A stretch of 64,000 bases of DNA. It comes from an uncultured Chloroflexia bacterium. Lineage in GTDB: Bacteria; Chloroflexota; Limnocylindria; Limnocylindrales; CSP1-4. Where the stretch lies: assembly GCA_963813335.1 (NCBI GenBank), contig CAWEYL010000004.1:64001-128000 (forward strand), read 5' to 3'. The position numbers and the translations under genes are program-made. A model generated the notes under the pieces. It made no database searches and was not told the origin of the DNA. It was given only the letters and a program-made list of their open reading frames with translations. How positions within the stretch are numbered: position 1 is the stretch's first letter; every line of letters begins with the position of its first letter. Positions 50,224 to 59,649 of the stretch are shown one piece after another.

Positions 50224-51488
50224 GCGCCGATCTCCCGCACGACCCAGGCGGCCAGCACGGCCGCGCACGCCTCGACCTCGTCGAGCGGCACGTGACTCGT
50301 CGGCGCTGTGGGCCACCTTGACGTCGCCCGGGCCGAAGATCACGCACGGGGTGCCGCCGACGTTGACGAACATCTGCATGTCGGCGCCGTAGGGCTCGCC
50401 GAGCAGCGCCGGCCGCCGGCCGGTGACGGCCTCGACCGTCGCCGCCAGCCCGACGGGCAGCGGGTGGTCCGACGGGAGGCGCGCGGACCCGAACCGCCCG
50501 CCGGTGATCTCGACGGTGGCCGGGTGGTCGCGCAGGAAGTCGTCCGCGGAGCACGCGGTCGCGATGCACGTCCGCAGCTCCGCCTCGGCTTCGGCCGCGG
50601 ACTGCCCGAGCCGCACGCCGTAGCGCCCGTCGGCGCTGACCCGATCGAGGACGGTCGACGCCCATTCGCCGCCCCCCACGATCCCGATGATCGTCGGGTA
50701 CGGCAGCCCGAGGGCGGTCATCAGCGGATCGGTCTCGGCCTCGTTGCGGCGCGTCTCGTCCGCCTCGAGCGCCTGCGACAGCACGAACAGCTTGTCGAGC
50801 GCCGAGACGCCCTCGCGCCGCTGCGAGGCGTGGGCCGCGCGGCCGGGCACGGTCAGCCGGAACGTGATGGCGCCGGCATGGGCCACCACGATGTCGAGCG
50901 TTCGACGGCTCCGGGATGATCGCGAGGTCGCCGGTCACGCCGGCGCGGATCGCGGCGAGGGTCCCCTGGCCGCCGTCCTCTTCCGACGGGACGAGCACGA
51001 CCAGGAGCTCGCCGGCGAGCCGGTCGAGGTCGCCCGCTCGCGCCGAGCGCCCGCACCGCGCCGAGGATCGCCGCCACGCCGCCCTTCATGTCGCAGGCGC
51101 CCCGGCCGTAGAGGCGCGCCGTCGCGGACCTCGCCGCCCCACGGATCGGTCGACCAGGTCGCGGGATCGCCGGGCGGCACCACGTCGAGGTGGCCGGACA
51201 GGATGACGCGCGGCGCCGCCGCCGCCACCGGCCCGCCCGATCACGACCGGCAGCGCCGTCCGCGGCATCTCCTCGCCCGGCCAGTCCGGGTCGGCGCGGA
51301 CCGCCGCCGGGTCCGGTGCGACCACCTCGACCGCCAGGCCGAGCTCGCGGAGCGCGTCGGCGGCCCAGGCCGTCGACGCCTTCCTCGGACCCGGTGACGC
51401 TCGGCGTCCGCACGAGCGCCGCGAGGTCGGCGACCAGCCGCTCGCGATCGATCGACGGCGCCGCCGCGCCGGCCTCGGCCTCAGGCAC
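50220..51488 (-). CDS. M20 ArgE/DapE-family deacylase; several frameshifts
   Basis: TPSVTGSE, SGHLDVVP, YGRGACDMKGG, SEEDGG, HAS, YGADM and FGPG..AHSADE spread over frames. Confidence 0.82.
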
Positions 51489-52349
51489 GCAGCACCGGCC
51501 GGGTCATGCAGGTCGGCCCGCCCGAGCCGTTGATGCCGATCTCGGTCGCCGGGATACGTGTGGACCTCGCAGCCGGCCGCCGCCAGCGCGGCCGATGTCC
51601 GCGGGTTGCCCTCGGCCAGGATGACGACGCCGGGCCGCACCGCCAGCACGTTGCAGCCGAGCGTCGGGAACTCCTCGTCGGGCACCTCGACCATCCGGAT
51701 CCCCAGGTCGCCCAGCAGCTCCCAGAGCCCGACCGGCAGCAGCGGCAGGTAGACGACCGCGAGGTCGTCGGCGACGGGCGAGATGACGCTCATGAGGTGG
51801 ACCAGCTCGGCCGGGCCGCGCCAGTACGGGACATCGAAGACGCGCACGTCGCCGCCGACGATCGTCGCCCAGCTGCCGGGCGCCCTCGTTGTTGGTCCGG
51901 AGCGTCCGTCCGATGCAGAACAGGTCCGGCCGCAGCCAGAGCGTGTCGCCGCCCTCGATGGTCCCGGGCGGCTCGATCCGGCCGGCGGTCGGGATCCCGG
52001 CCTCGGCCATCCACGACTCGAGGATCGCCGGCTCCCCGGCGCGGTTCGGCTTGCCCGGGCGCAGCGGCACGGCGCCGCGGTCGGTCACCAGCAGCGGGTC
52101 GAACGTGTAGACGAGATCCGGGTCGTCGGTCTCGTCTTCGAGGACGTGGACCGTGGGGCCGAGCGAGGCGAGCGTGTCGACGAACGCGTCGTGCTGCCGC
52201 CGCGCCAGGTCGAGGTCGACCGGGTGCAGGAACCCGTGCGCCGGATCGTCGAAGGCGGCGCCGAACGCGGGGCCGGGGCGCTTCACCAGGACGTCAAGCA
52301 GCGGCGCAGACATGCTCTGCGCCCCGAATCGGCGGGTGGTCGCGGTCAC
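51481..52349 (-). CDS. Amidinotransferase / dimethylarginase (arginine deiminase superfamily); frameshifts
   Basis: RQHDAF, YTFD, EGGD, RTN, HLMS, CNVL and C-terminal GSGGPTCMTRP. Confidence 0.82.
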
Positions 52350-52455
52350 GGACTGAGGATAGCCGCCTGCCGCCCGCGGGCGCGCTGCCGCAGCGCTGCC
52401 GCCCGGGACCATGGTCCTTCTGGCCACGAACCGGCGGGCGGGCTACCCTTGATGC

Positions 52456-52677
52456 GTGACGAGCTACGCCGTGACGGCCCGCATCCAGACCGCCAGCCCA
52501 CGCCTCCGCGACCGCGAGCGCCCGATCACGCCGGTGCCCACGGCCATCGTGGACGAGCGGATCGTGCTCATCGAGATGGCGCCAGCGCCGCGGCGCATCC
52601 TCGCCCGCCTCGACGACCTGTCCCGGGCATTCGGCGAGAAGACCTTCTACCTGCTCGACGCGGAGGGTTGGCGCTGA
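52456..52677 (+). CDS. Small hypothetical protein
   Basis: TACCCT 6 nt before GTG; high-GC coding-like codon use; its stop overlaps the next gene. Confidence 0.55.
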   Translation: MTSYAVTARIQTASPRLRDRERPITPVPTAIVDERIVLIEMAPAPRRILARLDDLSRAFGEKTFYLLDAEGWR

Positions 52678-53843
52678 TCACGCGCGCGCGCCGCACCGCC
52701 GCCGCAGCGCTCGTCGCGGGCGCCCTCCTGGCGACGCCGCTCGCGCCGGGCACCGCGCTGGGCGCGGTGAGCGGCCCCTCGCTGACCCAGGTCGCGACCG
52801 GGCTCAGCTCGCCGGTCCTCGTCACCAACGCCGGCGACGGCTCAAACCGCCTGTTCATCGTCGAGCAGACCGGCAAGATCCGGGTGGTCAAGAACGGTTC
52901 GCTGCTGCCCACCCCGTTCCTCGACCTATCGAGCCTCATCTCGACCGGCGGCGAGCGCGGCCTCCTCGGGCTGGCCTTCCATCCATCGTACGAGACGAAC
53001 GGCCGGTTCTACGTCGACTTCACGCGCACGAACGGCGACACCGTCGTCAACGAGTACAAGGTGTCTTCGGGCAACCCCGATGTCGCCGATCCTTCGACAG
53101 CGCGACGGATCATCACCATCGGGCAGCCGTACGCGAACCACAACGGCGGGAACATCGCGTTCGGGCGAGACGGGTACCTCTACATCGGGATGGGCGACGG
53201 CGGGTCGGGCGGCGACCCGGGCAACCGGGCGCAGAACCTGGACTCGCTGCTCGGCAAGATCCTGCGGCTCGACATCAACGGCACGTCTTCCGGGCACGGA
53301 TACCGCATCCCCAAGGGCAATCCGTGGGTGGGCAAGCCGGGCCGGGACGAGATCTGGGCGCGCGGCCTGCGCAATCCGTGGCGGTTCTCGTTCGACCGCG
53401 TCAACGGCACGCTGTGGATCGGCGACGTCGGCCAGGGGCGCTACGAGGAGATCGATCGCGGCACCGCGGCGCAGGGGTTCGGTCGCGGCGCCAACTACGG
53501 CTGGCACGTGCTCGAGGGCACGGAGTGCTACCTCGTGCGCTCGGGCTGCAGCCGGACCGCCAAGACGCCGCCCGTGCTGCAGTACTCCCACGCGTCCGGC
53601 GCGTGCGCGGTGACCGGCGGGTTCGCCTATCACGGCACGGCCTCGCCGGGCCTGATCGGCGACTACGTCTTCGGCGACTTCTGCAACGGGCGGATCTACA
53701 CGGTCCGCGCCGGGAATGCGAAGCTCGCCAAGTCGCTCCTGCTCGACACGAGCCTGCACATCAGCTCGTTCGGCGAGGACGAGGCCGGCGAGATCTACGT
53801 CGTCGACCTCAACGGCACGGTCTACCGCCTCGACGTGAGCTGA
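52668..53843 (+). CDS. Secreted PQQ-dependent glucose/sorbosone dehydrogenase family protein
   Basis: ERGLLGLAFHP, NHNGG, GDGG, GKILR, GLRNPWR and SFGED; start is TTG 52668 or CTG 52674. Confidence 0.88.
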   Translation: MALITRARRTAAAALVAGALLATPLAPGTALGAVSGPSLTQVATGLSSPVLVTNAGDGSNRLFIVEQTGKIRVVKNGSLLPTPFLDLSSLISTGGERGLLGLAFHPSYETNGRFYVDFTRTNGDTVVNEYKVSSGNPDVADPSTARRIITIGQPYANHNGGNIAFGRDGYLYIGMGDGGSGGDPGNRAQNLDSLLGKILRLDINGTSSGHGYRIPKGNPWVGKPGRDEIWARGLRNPWRFSFDRVNGTLWIGDVGQGRYEEIDRGTAAQGFGRGANYGWHVLEGTECYLVRSGCSRTAKTPPVLQYSHASGACAVTGGFAYHGTASPGLIGDYVFGDFCNGRIYTVRAGNAKLAKSLLLDTSLHISSFGEDEAGEIYVVDLNGTVYRLDVS

Positions 53844-53855
53844 CCCGGAGCGGGG

Positions 53856-54397
53856 TCAACGCCGCGAGGGCGATGGACTCCTGCGCGGCGACCTCGACGT
53901 CGATACGGATCTCGTCGCCGACGAGCCAGCCACCGGCCTCGAGGGCGACGTTCCAGTCCAGGCCCCAGGCCTTGCGGTCGACCCGCGCCTTCGCCGAGAA
54001 GCCGACGTGGCGCGCCCCGTCCATGCCGGGGAAGAAGCCCAGGAACTCGACGTCGACATCGACCGGGCGGGTGACGTCGCGGATCGTGACGTCGGCCGTG
54101 ACCGTGTAGTCGTTGCCGCGCTTGTGGCGGATCCGGGTGCTGCGCACGACCAGTCTCGGGATAGGTCTCGGCATCGAAGAAGTCGGCCGAGCGGAGGTGG
54201 TTGTCGCGGGCGGCGAAGCCGGTGTCGACGCTCGCGGTCCGGATCCGGAACTCGACCTGCGACGCGGTCGGATCCGCCTCGTCCAGGTCCAGCGTCGCGT
54301 CGAAGTCGAGGAACTCGCCCCGGACGTTGGTGACCATCAGGTGCTTCGCGGAGAAGTTGATGTTGCTGTGTGCTCGATCGAGCTGGAACACGGCCAT
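53856..54397 (-). CDS. yceI: YceI family polyisoprenoid-binding protein; frameshift near 54155
   Basis: DRAHS, KHLMVTNVRGEF, RDNHLRSADFFD, TIRDVTRPV and WNVALEAGGWLVGD. Confidence 0.85.
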
Positions 54398-54527
54398 GAC
54401 GGCTGCCTCCTGTGTGCGCCGCGGGACCGCGGGACGCGTGGTACGTGGTTGACGGTGCAACCATATCGCGATATCGTTGCGTTGTCAACGAGCTGACCAG
54501 GCAGCCCAAGGGTGTAGCATCAAGGCC

Positions 54528-55064
54528 ATGACCGTCACCGAGCCGGCGTCGAGCCGGCCGCTTTCCGCGCACGACCCCCGCATCGAGCCGTGGCGCGCCT
54601 TCCTGCAGGCGCACGCCCGCGTGGTGCGCCGCCTCGACGAGGAGCTGCGCGCCGAGCACGACCTTTCGGTCGCCGAGTACGACGCCCTCGTGAACATCGC
54701 GCAGGCGCCCGGTCGTCGGCTGCGCATGCGCCGCCTCGCCGACCAGGTGGTCCTGAGCAAGAGCGGGGTGACCCGGTTGATCGACCGGCTCGTCGCCGAC
54801 GGCCTGGTCGAGCGGAGCTCCTGCTCGACCGACGCCCGCGGCGCCGAGGCCGTCCTGACCGAGGCCGGGCTGCGCCGCCTGCGTGCCGCGTCACGGACCC
54901 ACCTGCGCGGCATCGCCGATCACTTCCTCGACGTCGTCGACGACGCCGACCTCGAGGTGGTGGACCGTGCGATGCGCGCCGTCGCCGAGCGGGCCGGGAC
55001 CGAGCCCGACATCGGGCGCTTCGCGCCCGGGCGCGCCGGGGGCGACCGAGCCGGCGAGGCCTGA
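54528..55064 (+). CDS. MarR family transcriptional regulator
   Basis: EYDAL, LSKSGVTRLIDRL, DARG and LTEAG; divergent from yceI. Confidence 0.9.
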   Translation: MTVTEPASSRPLSAHDPRIEPWRAFLQAHARVVRRLDEELRAEHDLSVAEYDALVNIAQAPGRRLRMRRLADQVVLSKSGVTRLIDRLVADGLVERSSCSTDARGAEAVLTEAGLRRLRAASRTHLRGIADHFLDVVDDADLEVVDRAMRAVAERAGTEPDIGRFAPGRAGGDRAGEA

Positions 55065-55072
55065 CCCGGGTC

Positions 55073-55807
55073 GTGGCGGGCCGGCTCTACGCGGGGACGA
55101 GCGGATTCGCCTACCCCGGCTGGAGTCCGCGCTTCTACCCGGCCGGCGCGAAGGCGGCGGACCTGCTGCCGGCGTACGCGGCGCGGCTGTCCGCGGTCGA
55201 GCTCAACAACACCTACTACCAGCAGCCGTCCGCGGACAAGGTCACGTCGTGGCTGGCCGCTACGCCCGAGTCGTTCCGGTTCACGGTCAAGGCGCAGCGC
55301 AGCGGGTCCGCCCGGTCGCTGGCCGACCCGGGCACGAGCGTCCCGTGGCTCACCGGTCCGTACCGGGCCTTCGGTGCCCGGCTGGGGACGGTCCTCTACC
55401 GGGTCCCGAACCTCATGAAGCGCGACGACGCGAAGCTGGCCGGCCTCCTCGCGGCCTGGCCGCGCGACATCCCGGTCGCACTGGAGTTCCAGCACCCGTC
55501 ATGGCACGTCGACGAGACGTTCGCGGCGCTGGCCGGCGCCGGTGCCGCCCTGGTCTCGACCGAATTGCCCGAGGACGAGACGCCGCCCGACATCCGACGG
55601 ACCGGTCCGTTCCTGTACCTGCGGCTCCGCCGCCACGACTACGCCCCCGCCGAGGTGGCGGAGTGGGCCGCCCGGTTGCGCCCGTTCCTCGACGCCGGCG
55701 ACGATGCGTTCGTGTTCTTCCGCCACGACGACGTCGGTCGCGGCCCGGAGCTGGCCCTCGAGCTGGCGGCCGTGCTGGACCCGTCCGGCGGCTGGCCGGA
55801 CGGCTAG
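55073..55807 (+). CDS. DUF72 family protein
   Basis: GTSGFAY, FYP, VELNNTYY and YLRLR motifs. Confidence 0.88.
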   Translation: MAGRLYAGTSGFAYPGWSPRFYPAGAKAADLLPAYAARLSAVELNNTYYQQPSADKVTSWLAATPESFRFTVKAQRSGSARSLADPGTSVPWLTGPYRAFGARLGTVLYRVPNLMKRDDAKLAGLLAAWPRDIPVALEFQHPSWHVDETFAALAGAGAALVSTELPEDETPPDIRRTGPFLYLRLRRHDYAPAEVAEWAARLRPFLDAGDDAFVFFRHDDVGRGPELALELAAVLDPSGGWPDG

Positions 55808-56130
55808 CGGCGAGAGCCCTCGGCCGGCCCGAAGGCCACGAGGATCTCGAGCCGTTCGGTGATGTCGTGGAAGCGGTGCGGCTCGCGGGCCGCCACGAAC
55901 ACCAGGGACCCGGGCCCGACCGGGCGCTCCTCGGCCCCCACGGTGATCGTGGCGCGTCCCGAGATGACGTAGTAGAGCTCGTCCTCGGTATGCGGCGACT
56001 GCGGGTCGATGCCGCCGGCCTCGATCACGTACAGCCCGACCGACAGGTCCGGGACGCTGAGGAACTCTTCGTACAGCCGTGCGCCGGCGACGCGGCGCGC
56101 CTCGATCTCGGCGAGCTCCCAGGCATCCAT
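55804..56130 (-). CDS. Cupin domain protein
   Basis: PHTEDELYYVISG..HRF motifs. Confidence 0.85.
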   Translation of the reverse strand: MDAWELAEIEARRVAGARLYEEFLSVPDLSVGLYVIEAGGIDPQSPHTEDELYYVISGRATITVGAEERPVGPGSLVFVAAREPHRFHDITERLEILVAFGPAEGSRR

Positions 56131-56213
56131 CGTCAGGCTCCGTGCGGCAGGTTCGGACCGAGCGTAGCAAAGCCCCGGCGGCCGCGAGCCGTCCGGCGCG
56201 CTAGCATCCGCGG

Positions 56214-57482
56214 ATGACGAACCGCCCCGCCCGCCTGCTCGCCACCGCCGCGCTCGTCGTCGCGCTCGTCGCCGGCTGCGGGACCACGTCGAGCCCCTCC
56301 CCCGCGCCCGCCACCCCGAGTCCGACGCCGAGCGCGACGGCGGCACCCAGCCCGAGCCCGATCCCCACGCCGACCGCGGCGCCCTCGAGCGGGCTGATCG
56401 TGCCGCGGATCGGGCTCCGCTCGGTCGTGGTCAGCCTGGATTCCCCGGTCGATGTCGCGGCCGAAGCCGGGGCGGCCGGCCGCCTCTTCGTCGTCGAGCA
56501 GCCGGGGCGGATCCGGGTCGTCGCGAACGGCGTCCTGGCCGCCCAGCCGTACCTCGACATCTCGTCGCGCATCGCCTCCGGCGGCGAGCGCGGCCTGCTC
56601 GGCCTGGCGCTCCACCCCGACTTCCCGAAGGACCCGCGCCTCTTCGTCGACTACACCGACCAGAACGGCGACACCGTCGTCTCATCGTTCGAGCAGTCGC
56701 TCGACGCCGACGCCGCCGACCCCGCGAGCGAACGGGTCCTGCTCACCGTGAAGCAGCCGTTCGCCAACCACAACGGCGGGGCGGTCGCGTTCGGGCCAGA
56801 CGGGATGCTCTACATCGCCCTCGGCGATGGCGGCTCGGGCGGCGACCCGCAGGGCAACGGCCGCAGCCTCAAGACCCACCTCGCCAAGATCCTGCGCATC
56901 GACGTGAACGTGCCCGAGGGCCAGACCCCGGCCTACAAGGTCCCCGCCGACAACCCGTTCGCGGACGGCGCCGGCGGCGCCCTGCCGGAGATCTGGCTGA
57001 CCGGCCTGCGCAACCCGTGGCGGATGCACTTCGACCCGCTCAACGGCGACCTGTGGATCGGCGACGTCGGCCAGGGGGCGTGGGAGGAGGTCGACGTCGC
57101 GCGGGCCGGTGTCGGCGGCCTCGACTACGGCTGGAACACGATGGAGGGGACCCACTGCTACCAGCCGGCCTCGGGTTGCGACCAGACCGGGCTGACCCTG
57201 CCGGTCAGCGAGTACGACCACAGCCAGGGCTGCGCGATCATCGGCGGCGTGGTCGACCGCGGCGAGGCCCAGTCGAGCTTTGCGGGCTGGTACTTCTTCT
57301 CCGACGACTGCTCCGGGAACATCTGGGTCATCGACCCGTCGAAGGACGCCTTCCAGGAGCCGATCAAGCTCCTCGAGACCGGCCGGAGCATCAGCGCCTT
57401 CGGCCAGGATGCCGACGGCAACGTCTACCTGACGGACCTCAGCAGCGGGGCCCTGCTGCAGCTGGTGCCCCAAGGCGGCTGA
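56214..57482 (+). CDS. PQQ-dependent sugar dehydrogenase family lipoprotein
   Basis: Lipobox VAGC, SPT linker, ERGLLGLALHP, NHNGG and GLRNPWR; paralog of the 52668 gene. Confidence 0.9.
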   Translation: MTNRPARLLATAALVVALVAGCGTTSSPSPAPATPSPTPSATAAPSPSPIPTPTAAPSSGLIVPRIGLRSVVVSLDSPVDVAAEAGAAGRLFVVEQPGRIRVVANGVLAAQPYLDISSRIASGGERGLLGLALHPDFPKDPRLFVDYTDQNGDTVVSSFEQSLDADAADPASERVLLTVKQPFANHNGGAVAFGPDGMLYIALGDGGSGGDPQGNGRSLKTHLAKILRIDVNVPEGQTPAYKVPADNPFADGAGGALPEIWLTGLRNPWRMHFDPLNGDLWIGDVGQGAWEEVDVARAGVGGLDYGWNTMEGTHCYQPASGCDQTGLTLPVSEYDHSQGCAIIGGVVDRGEAQSSFAGWYFFSDDCSGNIWVIDPSKDAFQEPIKLLETGRSISAFGQDADGNVYLTDLSSGALLQLVPQGG

Positions 57483-57720
57483 GCGGCGGAGCGACGGCCC
57501 GGTCGACGGCCGTCACGTCCCTGCAACGGATGCGCTTGGGACGACTTGACGCGCCTGAGACCGGCGGTCGGTCATCGTCGAGCGGGTCGGCTCCCGTGCC
57601 ACTGGGGGTTCCGGGAGCCGACGCTCCCCGACGGCCACGCGGCGCGACTGATATGCGGATGCAATGCCCGCCGGCCTCCCGGTCATCCCGCGGGGTTCGG
57701 CCCTGCGATACGGTGGCCCT

Positions 57721-57851
57721 GCCACCGACCCGATCGTGAGGGGAGGTCGGCGGCGCCACGACGAATCCATACCGGGAACCGCTTGTGACGGGGCGAGTCC
57801 CGATCCGCACGGACGGTCCGAGCCCCCTCCTCGGGCCGTCCGTTGCTGTTC
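57721..57851 (+). ncRNA. Candidate small RNA
   Basis: TACGGT 6 nt upstream, 5' hairpin 57721-57754, and a 14-bp terminator-like hairpin 57809-57843 followed by tgctgttct; no convincing ORF. Confidence 0.4.
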
Positions 57852-57905
57852 TCAGGCGTACGATGACGTCCTCCTGACGGACCGCCACACGAGAAGGAGC
57901 CTCCC

Positions 57906-58289
57906 ATGGCAACGACCACCACCACGCTGAGCGACGAGGCCACCAAGGCCGTCGACGCGATCGAGGAGACGACTCGCGGCGCGCGGGTGAACATCGCAGA
58001 CGCGGCCGATGCCGTGAAGAGCGCGGCAAACGACGTCGCGGCCAGGCTGCCCGAGGCGGCCGCCACGACGAGGTCCGCGATCGACGAGGTCGACCGCCAG
58101 CTCAAGAGCGGCTCCGACGAGATGCTCACCGTCGGTGCGACCCTCACCTTCGGCCTCGCGATCGGGCTGCTGATCGGCGGCGCGAACCGCCTCCTGGTCG
58201 CCGCCGCGCTCGTCCCGTTCGCCGCGACGGGGCTGACCTTGTTGCGACGCGCCAACGACCGGCCGCGCTCGAGCGCCAAGAGCAGCTGA
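57906..58289 (+). CDS. Hypothetical membrane-anchored helical protein (ElaB/DUF883-like architecture)
   Basis: AAGGAG SD; Ala-rich helix followed by C-terminal TM segments. Confidence 0.65.
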   Translation: MATTTTTLSDEATKAVDAIEETTRGARVNIADAADAVKSAANDVAARLPEAAATTRSAIDEVDRQLKSGSDEMLTVGATLTFGLAIGLLIGGANRLLVAAALVPFAATGLTLLRRANDRPRSSAKSS

Positions 58290-58331
58290 CACCGGGCCGC
58301 CGACCCGGGCGGTCGCTCGCCCCGCTGGGCC

Positions 58332-59462
58332 TTAGCCGCTCGGGCTGCTACTGACCAGGTGGAGGGCTCCGGCGCCGTCCCCGGCCGTGGCGCCGTCGTC
58401 GGAGGCGTCCTCGTCGGTTTCGAGGCCGAGCATCCGGCGGTACAGGGCCTCGTAGGCGTCGGTCATCCGGGGTGCCGAGAACCGCTCCAGCACGGACGCG
58501 CGGATCGCGGCGCGGTCCAGGCCGTCCACGCCGGCCAGCCGGAAGGCGAGCTGCGTCTCGTCATCGCCGAAGAAGCCGTCGATGCCGTCGCGGATGATCT
58601 CGGGCAGGGCCCCGATGCGGCGGGCGATCACCGGGGTCCCGCAGGCCAGCGCCTCGATGGCGACCAGCCCGAACGGCTCCGGCCACGACCCGGGCATCAG
58701 CGCGGCGTAGCTCTCGGCGAACAGCCGGTCGCGATCGGCCTGCTCGAGCTCGCCGAGGTACTCGACGTCCGAGCCGGCCGCCTCCAGGGCGGGACGGAAC
58801 GCCGATTCGAAGTATTCGCGCTCCATGGTCGTCGGGCCGGCCTTGGCGGCGATGCGCAGCGGTCGCCCGGCGGCCTGCGCGATCGCGATCGCCTCGACGA
58901 TCCCCTTCTCCGGCGCGACGCGCCCCACGAAGCACAGGGCGTCGGAGCGGCGCCGCTCGAACGGGGCGTCGCCCAGGCTCAGCCCGTTGTGGATCATCGT
59001 CCACGGCACCTCGGGGTGGGTCGACGCCTGGTTGGCGCTGATGGCGACCAGGCCGGGCGGCGGCGCCTCGAGCGCCTCGGCGGCCCAGGGCAGGTCGAGC
59101 CGGCCGTGGAAGGTCGTCACGACCGGCACGGGCGAGACGCGCGCGAGCATGAGGCTCGCCCACTCCAGGTGGGCGTGGATGAGGTCGAACTCGCGGGCTC
59201 GATCGAGCACGCTTCGCATCGTCGCGAGCATGTAGGGGAGCGAGTCGCCGCTGTAGCCGGTCGGGCGCAGCGCCTCCGGCACGGTCACGACGTGGCGGCC
59301 GGGCACGTCCGAGTCGCCGCTCGCGAACGTCGTGACGTCGTGGCCGCGGCGGTCGAGCTCGACCACCAGCTCATGGACGATCCGTTCCGTCCCACCGTAC
59401 GCGCGCGGCGGGACCCGCTCGAACGGCGGGGCGACCTGGGCGATGCGAAGGGGACGGGTCAT
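58332..59462 (-). CDS. Glycosyltransferase family 4
   Basis: VPPRAYGGTE, GRVAPEKG and EPFGLVAIEALACGTP motifs. Confidence 0.92.
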   Translation of the reverse strand: MTRPLRIAQVAPPFERVPPRAYGGTERIVHELVVELDRRGHDVTTFASGDSDVPGRHVVTVPEALRPTGYSGDSLPYMLATMRSVLDRAREFDLIHAHLEWASLMLARVSPVPVVTTFHGRLDLPWAAEALEAPPPGLVAISANQASTHPEVPWTMIHNGLSLGDAPFERRRSDALCFVGRVAPEKGIVEAIAIAQAAGRPLRIAAKAGPTTMEREYFESAFRPALEAAGSDVEYLGELEQADRDRLFAESYAALMPGSWPEPFGLVAIEALACGTPVIARRIGALPEIIRDGIDGFFGDDETQLAFRLAGVDGLDRAAIRASVLERFSAPRMTDAYEALYRRMLGLETDEDASDDGATAGDGAGALHLVSSSPSG

Positions 59463-59649
59463 GCGGGAGCTCCTCGATGGATGATAGCCCTGCCGGGCGG
59501 GACGGCCCGGCAGGGCGGTATCCGAGGGTAGGGCGGCACCCTCCATGACGAGGTCGCAGTCCCCCGCCGACCGGTATCAGGCGCGTATCAGCGGTCGGGT
59601 GTGGTATCCATGACGCGGACGCGGCACCGATCTCGAGGAGGCGACTGTC

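Noticed and set aside
39170-54160. Programmed frameshifting in the FGGY, MFS, M20, amidinotransferase and yceI genes
   Set aside because: There are no shared slippery sites, some genes have several indels, and these families are not known for recoding. Sequencing error is more parsimonious.
57755-57810. c-di-AMP (ydaO) riboswitch resemblance (gaatcc..gggaacc..ggggcgagtccc)
   Set aside because: The conserved 3' half (CCCGAAYCCGTCAGCTAAC-like) is absent.
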